Source: Candidatus Pacearchaeota archaeon (GTDB lineage Archaea; Nanobdellota; Nanobdellia; Pacearchaeales; GW2011-AR1). Taken from it: a stretch of DNA of 61,103 nt. Under the pieces are notes generated by a model, which saw nothing but the letters and a program-made list of their open reading frames with translations, was not told where the DNA came from and did no database searches. Position numbers and translations under genes: made by a program. This document shows, one piece after another, positions 1 through 10,821 of this stretch. The stretch is taken from NCBI GenBank assembly GCA_016866995.1, contig VGKQ01000004.1, positions 1-61,103 of the forward strand, in the 5' to 3' direction. Within the stretch, counting starts at the first letter, position 1, and the number at the start of each line of letters is the position of its first letter.

Positions 1-178
1 GTTTTATTGAATCCTATTAAATTAAAAGACTGTTAAGAAATTTATATATTTTTATTAATATTAATTGGATTTATATGCTAACATTTTTGTATAAAGATAA
101 TGTTAATAATAGAATTAATAATTGAACAAAGGTTTATAATTCTTGATTTCTTGAATATTAAAAGAGGGAATAAAAACC

Positions 179-628
179 ATGTTAATCAGGACACATATTG
201 CAATATCTGTATTTTTTATATTTTTATTTCTGCAGCATATATCAAACAAATTTTTGTTTATTGCTGTTGTTTTGATTGCGACATTTATTCCTGATATTGA
301 TTCTGGGTTTTCAATTCTTGGAAGAAAACCTGTTTTCAAGCCTGTCCAGTTTTTTGTCAGGCACAGAAGTTTTATACACAGCTTTACTTTCTGCATTTTA
401 TTTTCTATTTTACTTGGGGTATTTATTCCTAAACTCGCTTTTGGATTTTTTTTGGGATATTCTGTTCATTTGCTTGCCGACTCTTTTACACAAGAAGGAA
501 TAACTGCTTTCTGGCCTTATAAAAAAACAAGTTCTGGATTTATAAAAACAGGCGGAAGAATTGAGACATCTGTTTTTTTGATATCTGTTATTATAGATTT
601 GCTTCTTCTTGTTCTGCTATTTGTCTAA
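179..628 (+). CDS. membrane-bound metal-dependent hydrolase (YdjM/DUF457-like)
   Basis: 149-aa ORF with several hydrophobic helices. The RHRSFIHS and HLLADSFTQEG motifs resemble the DUF457 inner-membrane hydrolase family. Confidence 0.55.
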   Translation: MLIRTHIAISVFFIFLFLQHISNKFLFIAVVLIATFIPDIDSGFSILGRKPVFKPVQFFVRHRSFIHSFTFCILFSILLGVFIPKLAFGFFLGYSVHLLADSFTQEGITAFWPYKKTSSGFIKTGGRIETSVFLISVIIDLLLLVLLFV

Positions 629-826
629 TTGGCTTAGTTTTGATATTATCAACTAATTAGTAAATATTTATGGATAACTATATAATTTATTAATTTTTAC
701 TTTATAATTTGCCGCAGGATGAAAGCTGCAATTAATAATAATTAACCCCTTAAATAAAATTATACTAATTAACAAAAGATATCTTTTTTCTTGGAATTTC
801 TGTGTATATTTCAGACTAAATAAATC

Positions 827-834
827 TTTATAAA
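827..834 (+). promoter_or_regulatory. TATA-box candidate upstream of radA
   Basis: TTTATAAA is centred about 25 nt upstream of the radA ATG at 855. This fits a leaderless or short-leader archaeal transcript. Confidence 0.35.
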
Positions 835-854
835 TCACAAGAATATGTGAAATT

Positions 855-3320
855 ATGGCAGAAAAGAAAGAGGAAAAAACAGAAACAAAGCTTACTGACT
901 TGCCTGGAATTGGGCCGGCTGTTGCTTCGAAACTTGAGGCTGCAGGAATATTTGATTTAATGGGGCTGGCTGTTTTATCTCCGGCGCAGCTTTCTGAGCT
1001 TGCAGGGGTTGGAGAAGCTGTTGCCCGAAAGGCTATACAAGCATCAAGAAAGATGATGGACTTGGGATTTTCTGACGGCTTGGAATTTGCGAAAAAGAGA
1101 GAAGAAGTTTTTCATATTACAACTGGCTCAAGAAATCTGAATAATCTTCTGGGTGGGAGAGGAATTGAAACAAAGGCAATTACAGAAGCATATGGGGCAT
1201 ATGGAAGTGGAAAAACACAGCTTGGCTTGTCCCTTGCTGTTAATGTGCAACTGCCTCTTGAAAAAGGAGGGGCGAATGGAAAGGCTGTTTTTATTGACAC
1301 AGAAGGCACATTTCGCCCTGAAAGAATCAGGCAGATTGCAGAGGCAATTGGAGCTCAGCCTGATAAAGTTCTGAAAAATATTTTTGTTGCCCGCGCATTT
1401 AATTCAGACCATCAGATTTTGCTTCTTGACAAGATTACAGAAATGATTAAGAACGGAGAGCCAATAAGGCTTGTGATTATTGATTCTTTGACTGCTCATT
1501 TTAGAGCAGAGTATTCTGGAAGAGGCATGCTTGCAGACAGGCAGCAGAAATTAAACAAGTATCTTCATGACTTAATGAAGCTTGCTGAGCAGTGCAATAT
1601 TGCGGTTTATGTAACAAATCAGGTAATGGCAAATCCTGCAATGATGTTTGGAGACCCGACAACAGCAGTTGGCGGGAATATTGTCGGGCATGCTTGCCTG
1701 ACTGGAGACAGCCTGATTCAGCTTGGAAATGGAAGCATAAAGGAAATAAAAAATATGAAACAAGAAAAGATTATTTCCGGAAATTTTAATAAACTAAGAT
1801 TAGAAACAGCAAATTCTGAGCTAGTTTTTGTTAATCCTAATGTTGACAAGATTTATAATATAAAAACTGATTGCCAGATAAATTGCTCTCCTCTACACAG
1901 GTTTTTTACAGTTGATAATTTTTCAATTATTGAGAGAGAAGCCAAAGACTTGAGAGAGGGAGAGTTTGTCATGCAGGCAGGAAAAATTCAGATTGAGGGA
2001 GAGGAGCAGAAATTGCCTTTGACGAATATCAGGAAAATTGGGAGAATCTCTGCAGAAGATTCAGAAAGATTAAGAGAAGAAATTAAAAAAGAAAATATCT
2101 CGAGAGAAGAAATATGCAAAAAAATCGGAATTACTAAAAGGCAGTTCAGGAGAGTTTTGAACCAAAGCTGGCCAACTTCAATAAGAACCTTGGAAAATCT
2201 GCAGAATTGTTTTTCAGGAAAATTACAACTCCAGATTTTGCCTGTTCAGACTCACAAGCATAGAAATTTAATTTTGCCTGAAGTTATGAATGCTCAACTT
2301 GGACAAAGTTTGGGATATTTTTTAGGTGACGGGAATCTTGAATCAAGAGGATTAAGATTTAGAGATGAAAGAATTGAAGTTTTGCAGTCTTATAATTTTT
2401 TATTCAAGCAAATTTTTAATATTTCCGGAAGCATAAACAAGATAAAAGACAAGAATTGCTATAATCTCAGCATAAATTCAAAAGAGATTTCTGATTTTTT
2501 TAAGTTAGTTCTTCCAAATATTTTTGAATATATTGGAAAGAGCAAAAACGAGGTTGTTGCAGGATTTGTAAGAGGATTTGTTGATGCAGAAGGGCATATT
2601 AACAAGAAAAGGGCAATGATTTCTGTTGCACAAAAAAATAAGCAGATTTTAAGATATTTGCAATTATTTTTATTAAGGTTTGGGGTAAGAAGCACAATCA
2701 AATATGAAATTGGAAAGAAAAAAATAAATGTTTTGAGAATAATTGCCAGGGATGTTAAGAATTATTTACAAATAGGATTTACTGCTCAAGACAAACAAGA
2801 AACCTTATTAAAACAAATAAAAAAAATAAATCTGACTTATGATAAAGAAATGGTGCCTCTTAAAAGACAAGAGATATGGAATTTGCTTGAACAAGCAGGA
2901 TTATTCCCTTCAAAATTCATAAAGCCGAGAGGAAAAAATTATGAATGGATTAATAGAAACGAATTGGAGAGAGCATTTAATGCTTTGATGAAACAGGAAA
3001 TTAAGGACAGACAAATCAAGCAAAAAATTGATTTTATCTTTAAGCTGTTAAATTCTGATGCAAGATTTGAGAAAATCCGCGAGATAAATATTTCTGAAAA
3101 TGAAAATAAAGAATTATTTTATGATTTTTCTGTTCCGATGAATGAAAACTATCTCGCTAATGGGTTTATTGTCCATAATTCTACATACAGGATTTATCTG
3201 AGAAGAGGGAAAAAAGATTCGAGAGTTGCGAAATTAATTGATTCTCCAAATCTTCCTGACAATGAAACAATTTTCTTCTTGACAACCGGCGGACTGAAAG
3301 ACGGAGATGTTGAGGAATAA
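855..3320 (+). CDS. radA: DNA repair and recombination protein RadA, interrupted by an intein
   Basis: N-terminal HhH region ([19 protein letters not shown]), Walker [10 protein letters not shown] and Walker B LVIIDS. The exteins (855-1694 plus 3180-3320) give about 326 aa, a normal RadA length. Confidence 0.95.
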   Translation: MAEKKEEKTETKLTDLPGIGPAVASKLEAAGIFDLMGLAVLSPAQLSELAGVGEAVARKAIQASRKMMDLGFSDGLEFAKKREEVFHITTGSRNLNNLLGGRGIETKAITEAYGAYGSGKTQLGLSLAVNVQLPLEKGGANGKAVFIDTEGTFRPERIRQIAEAIGAQPDKVLKNIFVARAFNSDHQILLLDKITEMIKNGEPIRLVIIDSLTAHFRAEYSGRGMLADRQQKLNKYLHDLMKLAEQCNIAVYVTNQVMANPAMMFGDPTTAVGGNIVGHACLTGDSLIQLGNGSIKEIKNMKQEKIISGNFNKLRLETANSELVFVNPNVDKIYNIKTDCQINCSPLHRFFTVDNFSIIEREAKDLREGEFVMQAGKIQIEGEEQKLPLTNIRKIGRISAEDSERLREEIKKENISREEICKKIGITKRQFRRVLNQSWPTSIRTLENLQNCFSGKLQLQILPVQTHKHRNLILPEVMNAQLGQSLGYFLGDGNLESRGLRFRDERIEVLQSYNFLFKQIFNISGSINKIKDKNCYNLSINSKEISDFFKLVLPNIFEYIGKSKNEVVAGFVRGFVDAEGHINKKRAMISVAQKNKQILRYLQLFLLRFGVRSTIKYEIGKKKINVLRIIARDVKNYLQIGFTAQDKQETLLKQIKKINLTYDKEMVPLKRQEIWNLLEQAGLFPSKFIKPRGKNYEWINRNELERAFNALMKQEIKDRQIKQKIDFIFKLLNSDARFEKIREINISENENKELFYDFSVPMNENYLANGFIVHNSTYRIYLRRGKKDSRVAKLIDSPNLPDNETIFFLTTGGLKDGDVEE
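1695..3179 (+). mobile_element. RadA intein with LAGLIDADG homing-endonuclease domain (495 aa)
   Basis: Starts with Cys (GHA|[10 protein letters not shown]) and has block B SPLHRF. Two LAGLIDADG motifs are present ([10 protein letters not shown] and GFVDAEGHI). It ends with FIVHN followed by Ser (HN|STYRIYL). Confidence 0.9.
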
Positions 3321-3326
3321 ATTAAA

Positions 3327-3893
3327 ATGACACATGATGGTAGGTGGAAACTTGATGGAAGGCCTGTGCCTCCTTTTGTTTTAGGCAAAAGAGAATTAAA
3401 AATAACACATTATGAATCCGGAGCTCCGTGGGATTATCCTGTTAGTTTAAGAATTTTACCTAGAAAAGATATTGCAATAGTTACTGCTGTTGACAGAAGA
3501 AGAACAACAGATGGAGGCCCTGCATACAAGAAATTTATGTGCTATTCATCAGCAGACAGGCAGATTGTTACAGCTTATTTAGCTTGCTCTTTTTCAGGAA
3601 AAGTTAAAGTAGAAGCATGGCAGCCGGAAAAAAAGAGTTTACTTGAAAATATTGATTTTGAGCATGTTGACATTACTCAAGATGTTAAGCAAGATAGAGA
3701 TAATAATACAAAACTTGTTGCAAGGCATTTGGAAAGAATTGCTGGAAGAGAAACTATTACTGATGGATTAAGAGAATTAGCTGAAAAATGTTATTTTGAT
3801 ATGCTTTGGAATGTTCCTGAATCTTATGGAATTTATGGCGGAGATGTTCCTGAAATTCCTGAAAATTGGAGACAGGAGATTGCTGCAACATGA
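3327..3893 (+). CDS. hypothetical protein
   Basis: 188-aa ORF. Its stop overlaps the metK ATG as ATGA. I recognise no motif. Confidence 0.6.
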   Translation: MTHDGRWKLDGRPVPPFVLGKRELKITHYESGAPWDYPVSLRILPRKDIAIVTAVDRRRTTDGGPAYKKFMCYSSADRQIVTAYLACSFSGKVKVEAWQPEKKSLLENIDFEHVDITQDVKQDRDNNTKLVARHLERIAGRETITDGLRELAEKCYFDMLWNVPESYGIYGGDVPEIPENWRQEIAAT

Positions 3894-5044
3894 AAAATTA
3901 TTTTATTACATCTGAGAGCGTGACAGAAGGGCATCCTGATAAAATATGCGACCAGATTTCAGATGCTATCCTTGACAATTTGATTTTTCAGGACCCATAC
4001 TCAAGAGTGGCAGTAGAAACTCTTGTTACAACCGGAAGCGTGCATGTTGCAGGAGAAGTGACAACAAGAGGATTTGCTGATATTCAGTCAATTGCCAGAA
4101 GAGTTTTGAAAGATATTGGATATACATCTCCTGAATTTGGAATTGATTCAGAGGATGCTGGTGTCTGGGTTTCTATTCACGGACAAAGCTGTGACATTGC
4201 CCAGGGAGTTTCAGAAAGCGAGAACAAGGAGCAGGGAGCAGGAGACCAGGGAATGATGTATGGATATGCCTGCAATGAAACTCCTGAATTAATGCCTCTT
4301 CCAATTATTCTTGCGCACAAATTAACAAGAAGAATGGCTGAACTGAGAAAAAAAGGTGAAATAAAAGATATCGGACCTGACGGGAAATCTCAAGTTACTG
4401 TTGAGTATATTGCAGATGTGCCTGCGAGGATTGAAGCAATTGTTATTGCACAGCAGCACAAAAAAGAAATTTCAGAAGAAGAATTAAAAAAAGAAATTTA
4501 TGAGAAAGTTATTCTGCCTGTATGCGGGAGCATGATTGACGAGAAAACAAAGATACATATTAATGCTACTGGAAGATTTGTTATTGGAGGGCCTGAAGGA
4601 GATACAGGAGTTACAGGAAGAAAAATTATTGTTGATTCATACGGGGGAGTAGGAAGGCATGGAGGAGGAGCATTTTCTGGGAAGGATCCGAGCAAAGTTG
4701 ACAGGAGCGGGGCTTATATGGCAAGATATGTTGCTAAAAATATTGTGGCTGCCGGCTTGGCTGAGAAGTGCGAAGTTCAAATAAGTTATGCAATCGGGGT
4801 TGCAAAGCCAACTTCAATAAATATTGAATGCTTTAAGACAGAAAAAATTCCTGAAGAAAAAATTATTGAACTTGTTCTGAGAAATTTTGATTTCCGCCCA
4901 AGAGCAATTATAGAAACTTTGAACTTGAGACGCCCGATTTACAGAAAGACTGCTGCTTACGGACATTTTGGAAGAAATGACGAGGATTTTACATGGGAGA
5001 AGACAGACAAGGCTGAAATATTGAGAAAAGAGGCGGGAATTTGA
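3890..5044 (+). CDS. metK: S-adenosylmethionine synthetase, bacterial/eukaryotic MetK type
   Basis: Contains the [28 protein letters not shown] and [16 protein letters not shown] motifs. I chose the ATG at 3890 (MKNYFITSE) over the track start at 3866. Confidence 0.93.
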   Translation: MKNYFITSESVTEGHPDKICDQISDAILDNLIFQDPYSRVAVETLVTTGSVHVAGEVTTRGFADIQSIARRVLKDIGYTSPEFGIDSEDAGVWVSIHGQSCDIAQGVSESENKEQGAGDQGMMYGYACNETPELMPLPIILAHKLTRRMAELRKKGEIKDIGPDGKSQVTVEYIADVPARIEAIVIAQQHKKEISEEELKKEIYEKVILPVCGSMIDEKTKIHINATGRFVIGGPEGDTGVTGRKIIVDSYGGVGRHGGGAFSGKDPSKVDRSGAYMARYVAKNIVAAGLAEKCEVQISYAIGVAKPTSINIECFKTEKIPEEKIIELVLRNFDFRPRAIIETLNLRRPIYRKTAAYGHFGRNDEDFTWEKTDKAEILRKEAGI

Positions 5045-5113
5045 AATTTAAGAATTTTTTCTTGAGTGATTATTAAACACAAAATTTAAGTATTATGGAT
5101 TTCTTTGTATTTT

Positions 5114-7816
5114 ATGAAAAGAGGGAAGGCAAGAAAGTTTATTTACATATTAATATTTTTAGTGCTTATTATACTTCCTGCTTTTGTTTACGCCCAAGAA
5201 CAGAATAATAAGAATATTTTTGGGAAGATTGGAGATTTTTTTCAGAATATTCTGAGCAAGTTGAGAATTACTGGAAATGTTGTTGAAACCATGAGTTTTC
5301 CAACAGATGAAAACTGGCCGTCAGAAAAATATTTAAGCGCCCAGCCAGCAACAGTAAGCTTTACAGTCCCGTCTGATTACCAAGGAAAATTTGTAGATGT
5401 GGGTGTTATAGTTTCTGCATCCCAGTATGGATATACTCAGTGCAGCTATGATGTTTCATTGAGTGTTTCTGGCTGTTCAAAATCCGGAAGCGGAGCAACT
5501 TGCACAATTACGCCTTCTCTGGGAAGCACAGTAACTTTAAATGTCGCGCCGGTTGAGCCAATGGGCTCGTGCTCTGGGACAGGGGGGTGGGGTTCTATGC
5601 ATGTAAAGGTTTACAGATATCCTTATTGCGGAGACGGAGATTGTAATTCTCAAAGCAGAGATTTATCAAATGTTAACGGGCAGCTTGCCAGAGAAACCTG
5701 CACAAACTGCCCTGATGACTGCCTGGATTCTGGAGAGATTTGTTGTAGTGGTGCTGTGATAATTGGAGGAGAGTGCTGCATTAATTCTGACTGCTCTTAT
5801 GGAGAAACATGTTCTGTTTATAATAAATGCGTGGCTGCAGCAAAAAAATCAAACGGAGAATCCTGCACTTCAGGCTCTCAATGTAATTCTGGATACTGCA
5901 ATAGATATTGCTGCCAGTACCCAAACCCATGCTGTGCATCAAATTCAGACTGCAATACTGATTATGAGTGCGGCTCAGATAAATATTGTGTCAGAAGGAC
6001 AGTAAATAACAAGGCAAACGGACAGACTTGCGTATACAACACAGAGTGCAATTCAGGATGGTGTCATAAGGGGGTGTGCTGTGAATACGGAAAAACCTGC
6101 TGTCTTTATAATTCAGAGTGTACTTCTGGAGTATGCAGCAATTATTACTGCCAATCTTTCCAACAAACTACAAAATATTCTAACGGACATTCCTGCTATT
6201 CTGATTCAGACTGCGACTCAGAAAACTGCGAAAATGATATCTGCTGTTCCTACGGAAAAACCTGCTGTGCTTATGATTATGAATGTTCTTCTGGATATCA
6301 TTGCTCATCAAGTTATTATTGTGTTAAGTCAACAACTGAGTCAGAAACAAAATCTGCAGGAGAGACTTGTTATTCTGATTCAGAGTGTTCATCTGGAAAT
6401 TGTGAAGCAGGAATATGCTGTTATTCAAGCGAGATTTGCTGCTATTCTGATTATGAATGCGATTCAGAATATAAATGTGAGAATTACAAATGTGTTTTGA
6501 AATCATTTACAACAAGCAAGGCAGATGGGGAGTATTGCAGCTCAAGTTCTGATTGCACATCAGGATGGTGTGATAATAGTATTTGCTGTGAATATGGAAA
6601 AGAATGCTGTGTAAATGACAACCAGTGCGATTCTGGAGTGTGCTGGGCAGCCCAGGGAACAGATGATTACTGGTGCAAGGAAGCTACAACACAAGAAACT
6701 GCAGCAAAAAAATCAAACGGAGAATCATGCGGCTATGGTTCAGATTGTGAATCTGACAGGTGCTCAAATAGTATTTGCTGTTCACAGGCAGTTTATTCAT
6801 GCTGCTCTTCAGATTCTCAGTGTGGATATGGACGGGAATGTGCTAATAAAATCTGCACTGAAAAAGCACCAAAAACACAAGCAGAACAAACTCAAAAAAA
6901 ATCTGATACAGAATCCAAGTTTTTGAATTCATTTTACAAATATTATGGCATTACTGGATATTATTCTCCTGTTTTGAAGAAAACTGTTCCAAAATCTGAT
7001 TATTATGCAGGAGTTTCAATATTATTTCAGGAGCAGGCAAGCCAGATTGATACAAAAGTGATGGCGTTTGGAAAGTTTACGACTGTGCTTAATACAATTA
7101 AGGGCATGACAATGAGTGCTGCTTCTGTTGATCCTATCGGGCTTGCAATAAGCATTGGAGATTTTATGGATGAGATGTCGACTGAAGTTGGCGTTGAGCA
7201 AGGAGAAAATATTGCTGCTAATTTATATTCTACAGCTTCCCTTGCATTCAGTGCTGCCGGCGAATCAGAGAGAGCAAGCGCTGGACTGGCGAAACTGACA
7301 AGCAGGTTTCCAAGCAACAGAGTTATAAAATCAATTTCAGCAAGACAGCAGGCTTTGCAGAATAAGATGCTTCCTGACAAGACAGCCCAATCGCAAATGG
7401 TTTTGCTTTCTCTTGCTGATTTTGCAATGGAAAAAACACTGATGGCAGATGTGAAGGAAGCCGGAAGATACGGCACTGTTGATTATCTGCAAAAAATTGA
7501 GCTTTCTATTATGGCAAAAGAGCTTTCAAAATTATACAAGAAAGCAGAAAAAAATAAAATTACAGAAGATGAAGCTGCTTTGCTGATGAGTTATGAGCAG
7601 GAATTCTGGCTTTTGGAAATAGCAAGAAACAAGAATTATATTGCGTATGAGGAGAATGCCGGGTTTTTAAGCAAAGGGTTTTATGCGATAACAAAAACAA
7701 TTTTATCTGCAAATTATGAAGATAATATTAAAAGTGCAAATGATATAATAGAAGATGCGCAGAAAAAATATACTGCAGCAGCTGCAGGAAAAACAGAGGT
7801 TTATGCCAATATTTAA
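5114..7816 (+). CDS. secreted cysteine-rich repeat protein with Cys-free helical C-terminal domain
   Basis: Signal peptide MKRGKARKFIYILIFLVLIILPAFVYA. Six tandem modules of about 55 aa, each with 8 Cys. The last 300 aa or so lack Cys. The track start at 5105 is a TTG; the ATG at 5114 is preferred. Confidence 0.8.
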   Translation: MKRGKARKFIYILIFLVLIILPAFVYAQEQNNKNIFGKIGDFFQNILSKLRITGNVVETMSFPTDENWPSEKYLSAQPATVSFTVPSDYQGKFVDVGVIVSASQYGYTQCSYDVSLSVSGCSKSGSGATCTITPSLGSTVTLNVAPVEPMGSCSGTGGWGSMHVKVYRYPYCGDGDCNSQSRDLSNVNGQLARETCTNCPDDCLDSGEICCSGAVIIGGECCINSDCSYGETCSVYNKCVAAAKKSNGESCTSGSQCNSGYCNRYCCQYPNPCCASNSDCNTDYECGSDKYCVRRTVNNKANGQTCVYNTECNSGWCHKGVCCEYGKTCCLYNSECTSGVCSNYYCQSFQQTTKYSNGHSCYSDSDCDSENCENDICCSYGKTCCAYDYECSSGYHCSSSYYCVKSTTESETKSAGETCYSDSECSSGNCEAGICCYSSEICCYSDYECDSEYKCENYKCVLKSFTTSKADGEYCSSSSDCTSGWCDNSICCEYGKECCVNDNQCDSGVCWAAQGTDDYWCKEATTQETAAKKSNGESCGYGSDCESDRCSNSICCSQAVYSCCSSDSQCGYGRECANKICTEKAPKTQAEQTQKKSDTESKFLNSFYKYYGITGYYSPVLKKTVPKSDYYAGVSILFQEQASQIDTKVMAFGKFTTVLNTIKGMTMSAASVDPIGLAISIGDFMDEMSTEVGVEQGENIAANLYSTASLAFSAAGESERASAGLAKLTSRFPSNRVIKSISARQQALQNKMLPDKTAQSQMVLLSLADFAMEKTLMADVKEAGRYGTVDYLQKIELSIMAKELSKLYKKAEKNKITEDEAALLMSYEQEFWLLEIARNKNYIAYEENAGFLSKGFYAITKTILSANYEDNIKSANDIIEDAQKKYTAAAAGKTEVYANI
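5834..6859 (+). repeat. six tandem coding repeats (about 55-aa, 8-Cys module)
   Basis: The pattern K-x-NG-x-x-C-x5-C-x-SG-x-C-x4-CC-x4-CC-x5-C-x5-C-x4-C recurs six times. Modules 1 and 6 share an identical 27-nt stretch, gcagcaaaaaaatcaaacggagaatc (5836 and 6701). Confidence 0.8.
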
Positions 7817-8849
7817 AATGATAAAAAATATATTGTTTATTTTCCTGCTTTTAATCTGCCTAATCAGTTTTGCAAGCGCCTTGGATTTGGGAAAACAGAC
7901 AGAACAGCTGATGAATCTTGACATCAGCAGAAGCACAACAGAGATTCTTAATTCTGTGACATATGGGATGCAAGGAGAAATTTATCTTGGCGTTCCCAAA
8001 AAAGTTATTTCAACAGATGAAGGAGAGTTGAGTGTTTTTGTTTTTAATCTTGGCTCAGAGCCTGAAAAAGTTATGACTGAATTAATAAATTATTTTAAAG
8101 ATGAGGGGTTTAAGCAAGTAAATGAAGTTGTCAGGGGAAATGCAAAAGGATTTGAACTTAAAAATGCTGATACAACATTATTTTTGATTAGGAGAGACAG
8201 CATCTTAGTTGAGTATAAACTTAGTGTGACAATAAATCAAGCAAAAATATCAGAGAGCAAGCCGTGGGTAAAATATGTTATCATTGCAGCAGTTATTGTT
8301 ATTCTTGTGTTTCTTGTTTATAGATTTAAAGATAAAATTAAAAATATTTTTTTGAAAATAAAAAAGCCATCTTTTTCAAAAAAAATCAGCAAACCAGCAG
8401 CAAGAAAACAAATTGCCTCCAAAATAAGTTTTTGGGGGAAATTAAAGTCAATTTCAGATAAAGTCAGTTTTTTTATTAATCTTATTCCTGTAATTATTTT
8501 TGTTATTATCTTGATTTTAGGCTTGATAAAATATTCATTTCCAACAAATTTTTCTGCTATTCTTGCTGTTTTTCTGCTGATTATACTTCCTGCTCTTGCC
8601 CTGTTTTTCTGCGCTTATAATATTTTTATTGGAAAAAGAATTAAGATGTGCATGATTATCAACGGAATTTTTGGAATTTTATTTATTCTTATAGGATTAT
8701 TTCTAAGTTTTTTTATGAGTAGAATTTATAGATTTGGGGGCGGAGGAAGAGTTTATATTGACAGCTTTAATGTTCTGCTGTTTGGAGTTTTTGTTTTTTG
8801 GGGAATTGCGCTTTTATATTCTGCTTATAGATTATGGAAAAATAAATAA
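7803..8849 (+). CDS. membrane protein (signal peptide plus C-terminal multi-TM region)
   Basis: N-terminus MPIFKMIKNILFIFLLLICLISFASA, with several hydrophobic helices in the C-terminal half. The start is ambiguous (7803 or 7818) and overlaps or abuts the upstream stop. Confidence 0.7.
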   Translation: MPIFKMIKNILFIFLLLICLISFASALDLGKQTEQLMNLDISRSTTEILNSVTYGMQGEIYLGVPKKVISTDEGELSVFVFNLGSEPEKVMTELINYFKDEGFKQVNEVVRGNAKGFELKNADTTLFLIRRDSILVEYKLSVTINQAKISESKPWVKYVIIAAVIVILVFLVYRFKDKIKNIFLKIKKPSFSKKISKPAARKQIASKISFWGKLKSISDKVSFFINLIPVIIFVIILILGLIKYSFPTNFSAILAVFLLIILPALALFFCAYNIFIGKRIKMCMIINGIFGILFILIGLFLSFFMSRIYRFGGGGRVYIDSFNVLLFGVFVFWGIALLYSAYRLWKNK

Positions 8850-8865
8850 TTTTTTATTAAAAAAT

Positions 8866-10032
8866 CTATTTAAACCCGGGAAGATTTTCTTTTATATATG
8901 ATGAAAGTTTTTCAGCCACAAAACTCGCCCCATTCTCATTAAAGTGCATATCATCATAAAAATAATCAGGTGTTTTTGGAGTATCTTTGTCAAGATCAAT
9001 ACAAAAAATATCTTTATTACTTTCACACACTTCAAGAAGTTTTTGATTAAAGGCATCTATTGAATATATCATTGTTTCTACAGGATAATAATTGTCGCCA
9101 AAATCATTTGTCATCCAGAGGCTTGCATCTTCTTCTTCAGTCATATTCTTTTTCCAAAGATAAGGCTGTGTTGAAAATATAAGAGTAATATTATTTTCCT
9201 TAGAGAGACTGATTATTCTTTTTAAATTTCTTTCATAATCTTCAAGTGATTGATTTAAGTCAGGCTTTTCATTTATCCAGTTTTTTGCATTTTTTCTTTT
9301 AAGCCTGTTTTCAGCAAGAGTGTAACCAATAGCATCCTGTGGCTTGGGCTTGTTGAACTTTAATTCTGCAAATCTGTAAATCTTGTAAGTTATTGTTGAT
9401 TTCCATGTATATCCCGGAGATAAACTAAAAGTGTAAGAATCTTTACTATCAAATTCACTTTCATTAAAAGGCTGCCATTCATCTTTCCTGCTTAATCTAA
9501 ACAGCACATCATTTGCTCCAGTCATCATGATAATCATATCAGGCTCGTAATTTTCTGGAAGATATTTAAGCTCAAGAATATTGTTTCTTATGCCATGCCC
9601 GCTTTTTCCAATGTTCATTGTAATTACTTTTTTATTGTCATTTGTTTTTTTTAGTTTATTCATTAGAATATAGGGCCATGCTTCTTTATCATCGAGATAT
9701 AAACATTCAGAAGTGCTTCCTCCAATGATTAAAACTCTGTATTCATTTTCATGATTTTTGAATTCAACACCCCTGTATCCAAGGCTGTTAATTGTAAAAA
9801 GCGATTCTCCACTTATTCTGTGAAATATGCTTGAATTCGGGGAAAATACGTACCTGAGATTAGGAGGCCAAACATAAGAATAATTTACTTTTGAAATGTT
9901 TAGATAATTGAAAATTTCAAAAACAGCAAGGATAAATACAACCGCAATAAAGACAATAAAAAAATATATCAGATATATCAGAATTTTTTTAATTTTATTT
10001 TTCATGTTTTTACATGCTATTTTATTTAACAA
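8866..10032 (-). CDS. SGNH/GDSL-type hydrolase with N-terminal membrane anchor
   Basis: Block I GGSTSE, block II GKSGHG, block III GAND and block V DDMHFNENG. An N-terminal TM helix is present. An alternative start lies at 10005. Confidence 0.75.
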   Translation of the reverse strand: MLNKIACKNMKNKIKKILIYLIYFFIVFIAVVFILAVFEIFNYLNISKVNYSYVWPPNLRYVFSPNSSIFHRISGESLFTINSLGYRGVEFKNHENEYRVLIIGGSTSECLYLDDKEAWPYILMNKLKKTNDNKKVITMNIGKSGHGIRNNILELKYLPENYEPDMIIMMTGANDVLFRLSRKDEWQPFNESEFDSKDSYTFSLSPGYTWKSTITYKIYRFAELKFNKPKPQDAIGYTLAENRLKRKNAKNWINEKPDLNQSLEDYERNLKRIISLSKENNITLIFSTQPYLWKKNMTEEEDASLWMTNDFGDNYYPVETMIYSIDAFNQKLLEVCESNKDIFCIDLDKDTPKTPDYFYDDMHFNENGASFVAEKLSSYIKENLPGFK

Positions 10033-10057
10033 TAGAAATCGTATTTTAAAAAGCTTG

Positions 10058-10079
10058 TTGAGGATTTAATTTTAATGAT
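10058..10079. repeat. 22-nt exact direct repeat, copy 1 (TTGAGGATTTAATTTTAATGAT)
   Basis: An identical 22-mer recurs at 14450-14471. Both copies are intergenic. Confidence 0.85.
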
Positions 10080-10107
10080 AAAGATAACAACTTTTTCTTA
10101 AGTGATA

Positions 10108-10427
10108 TCAGAATTTGAATAATTTCTCGTAATCCTTATGATTCATCCAGTCAAGAATTACTGCAATAACTTCTATATCTTCATTAGTTAAAGAATATAA
10201 TAACCTCCACCCTTCGCTTAAATTGTAAATAAACAAATTATTGATGTCGTAATCTTTGATTAATTTTTTGGAATTAACTCCTTCTTGACTCTTCTGCCAA
10301 AGAAGGCATCACTGCAAATTGATGAGAAAGCTCTTTCTAATTCCTTATGTAGCTTAGGATTCTTTTCTTTAAGCTCTTCAAACGCATTTTTTAATTCTTC
10401 ACTGACAAATCTTACTTTGCATTCCAT
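10108..10427 (-). pseudogene. RelE/ParE-family toxin, frameshifted in an A6 run
   Basis: Two frames join to MECKVRFVSEELKNAFEELKEKNPKLHKELERAFSSICSDAFFGRRVKKELIPK / LIKDYDINNLFIYNLSEGWRLLYSLTNEDIEVIAVILDWMNHKDYEKLFKF. The span is 320 nt, which is not a multiple of 3. The break is at the homopolymer at 10265-10270. The start overlaps the upstream ORF by 16 nt. Confidence 0.6.
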
Positions 10428-10720
10428 TCCAAGTCTTTCCTCCCCCTAACTCTTTCTAAAAGTTTTGGATTCCAGATGTAAACAATATATCCTTCTTTGT
10501 CATAAACTATTCTTAATGTTTCCTCAAGATACTGCATTATTACCTGAAATGTCTGCCACATTACTTTTCTTGGAAGTTTATTGAATAATTCAGTTTTTTT
10601 GAACTCGCCTGAATTTTCTTCTATGAATTTTTCAACCATTAAAACTGTCTGCAGAGTGGGGCTTCTTGCTATGTCATTCTTTTCATAATAGTTATTTTTC
10701 TTTGCAAGTTTAGTTTCCAT
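10412..10720 (-). CDS. hypothetical protein, possible antitoxin partner (winged-helix-like)
   Basis: 102-aa ORF that overlaps the toxin-like start in a typical toxin-antitoxin arrangement. The fold assignment is only a guess. Confidence 0.5.
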   Translation of the reverse strand: METKLAKKNNYYEKNDIARSPTLQTVLMVEKFIEENSGEFKKTELFNKLPRKVMWQTFQVIMQYLEETLRIVYDKEGYIVYIWNPKLLERVRGRKDLEWNAK

Positions 10721-10821
10721 CTTGATAATATCAATTGATATTACTATTTAAATGTTTCAGTTTTCTTTTACTTGAGATTTGTTAATCCAAAAGATTAACT
10801 TCCCAATAATTTCCTAAATTT

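Noticed and set aside
3866-3889. Longer MetK start (METGDCCN...).
   Set aside because: The MetK alignment begins at MKNYFITSE. The ATG at 3890 forms an ATGA overlap with the upstream stop.
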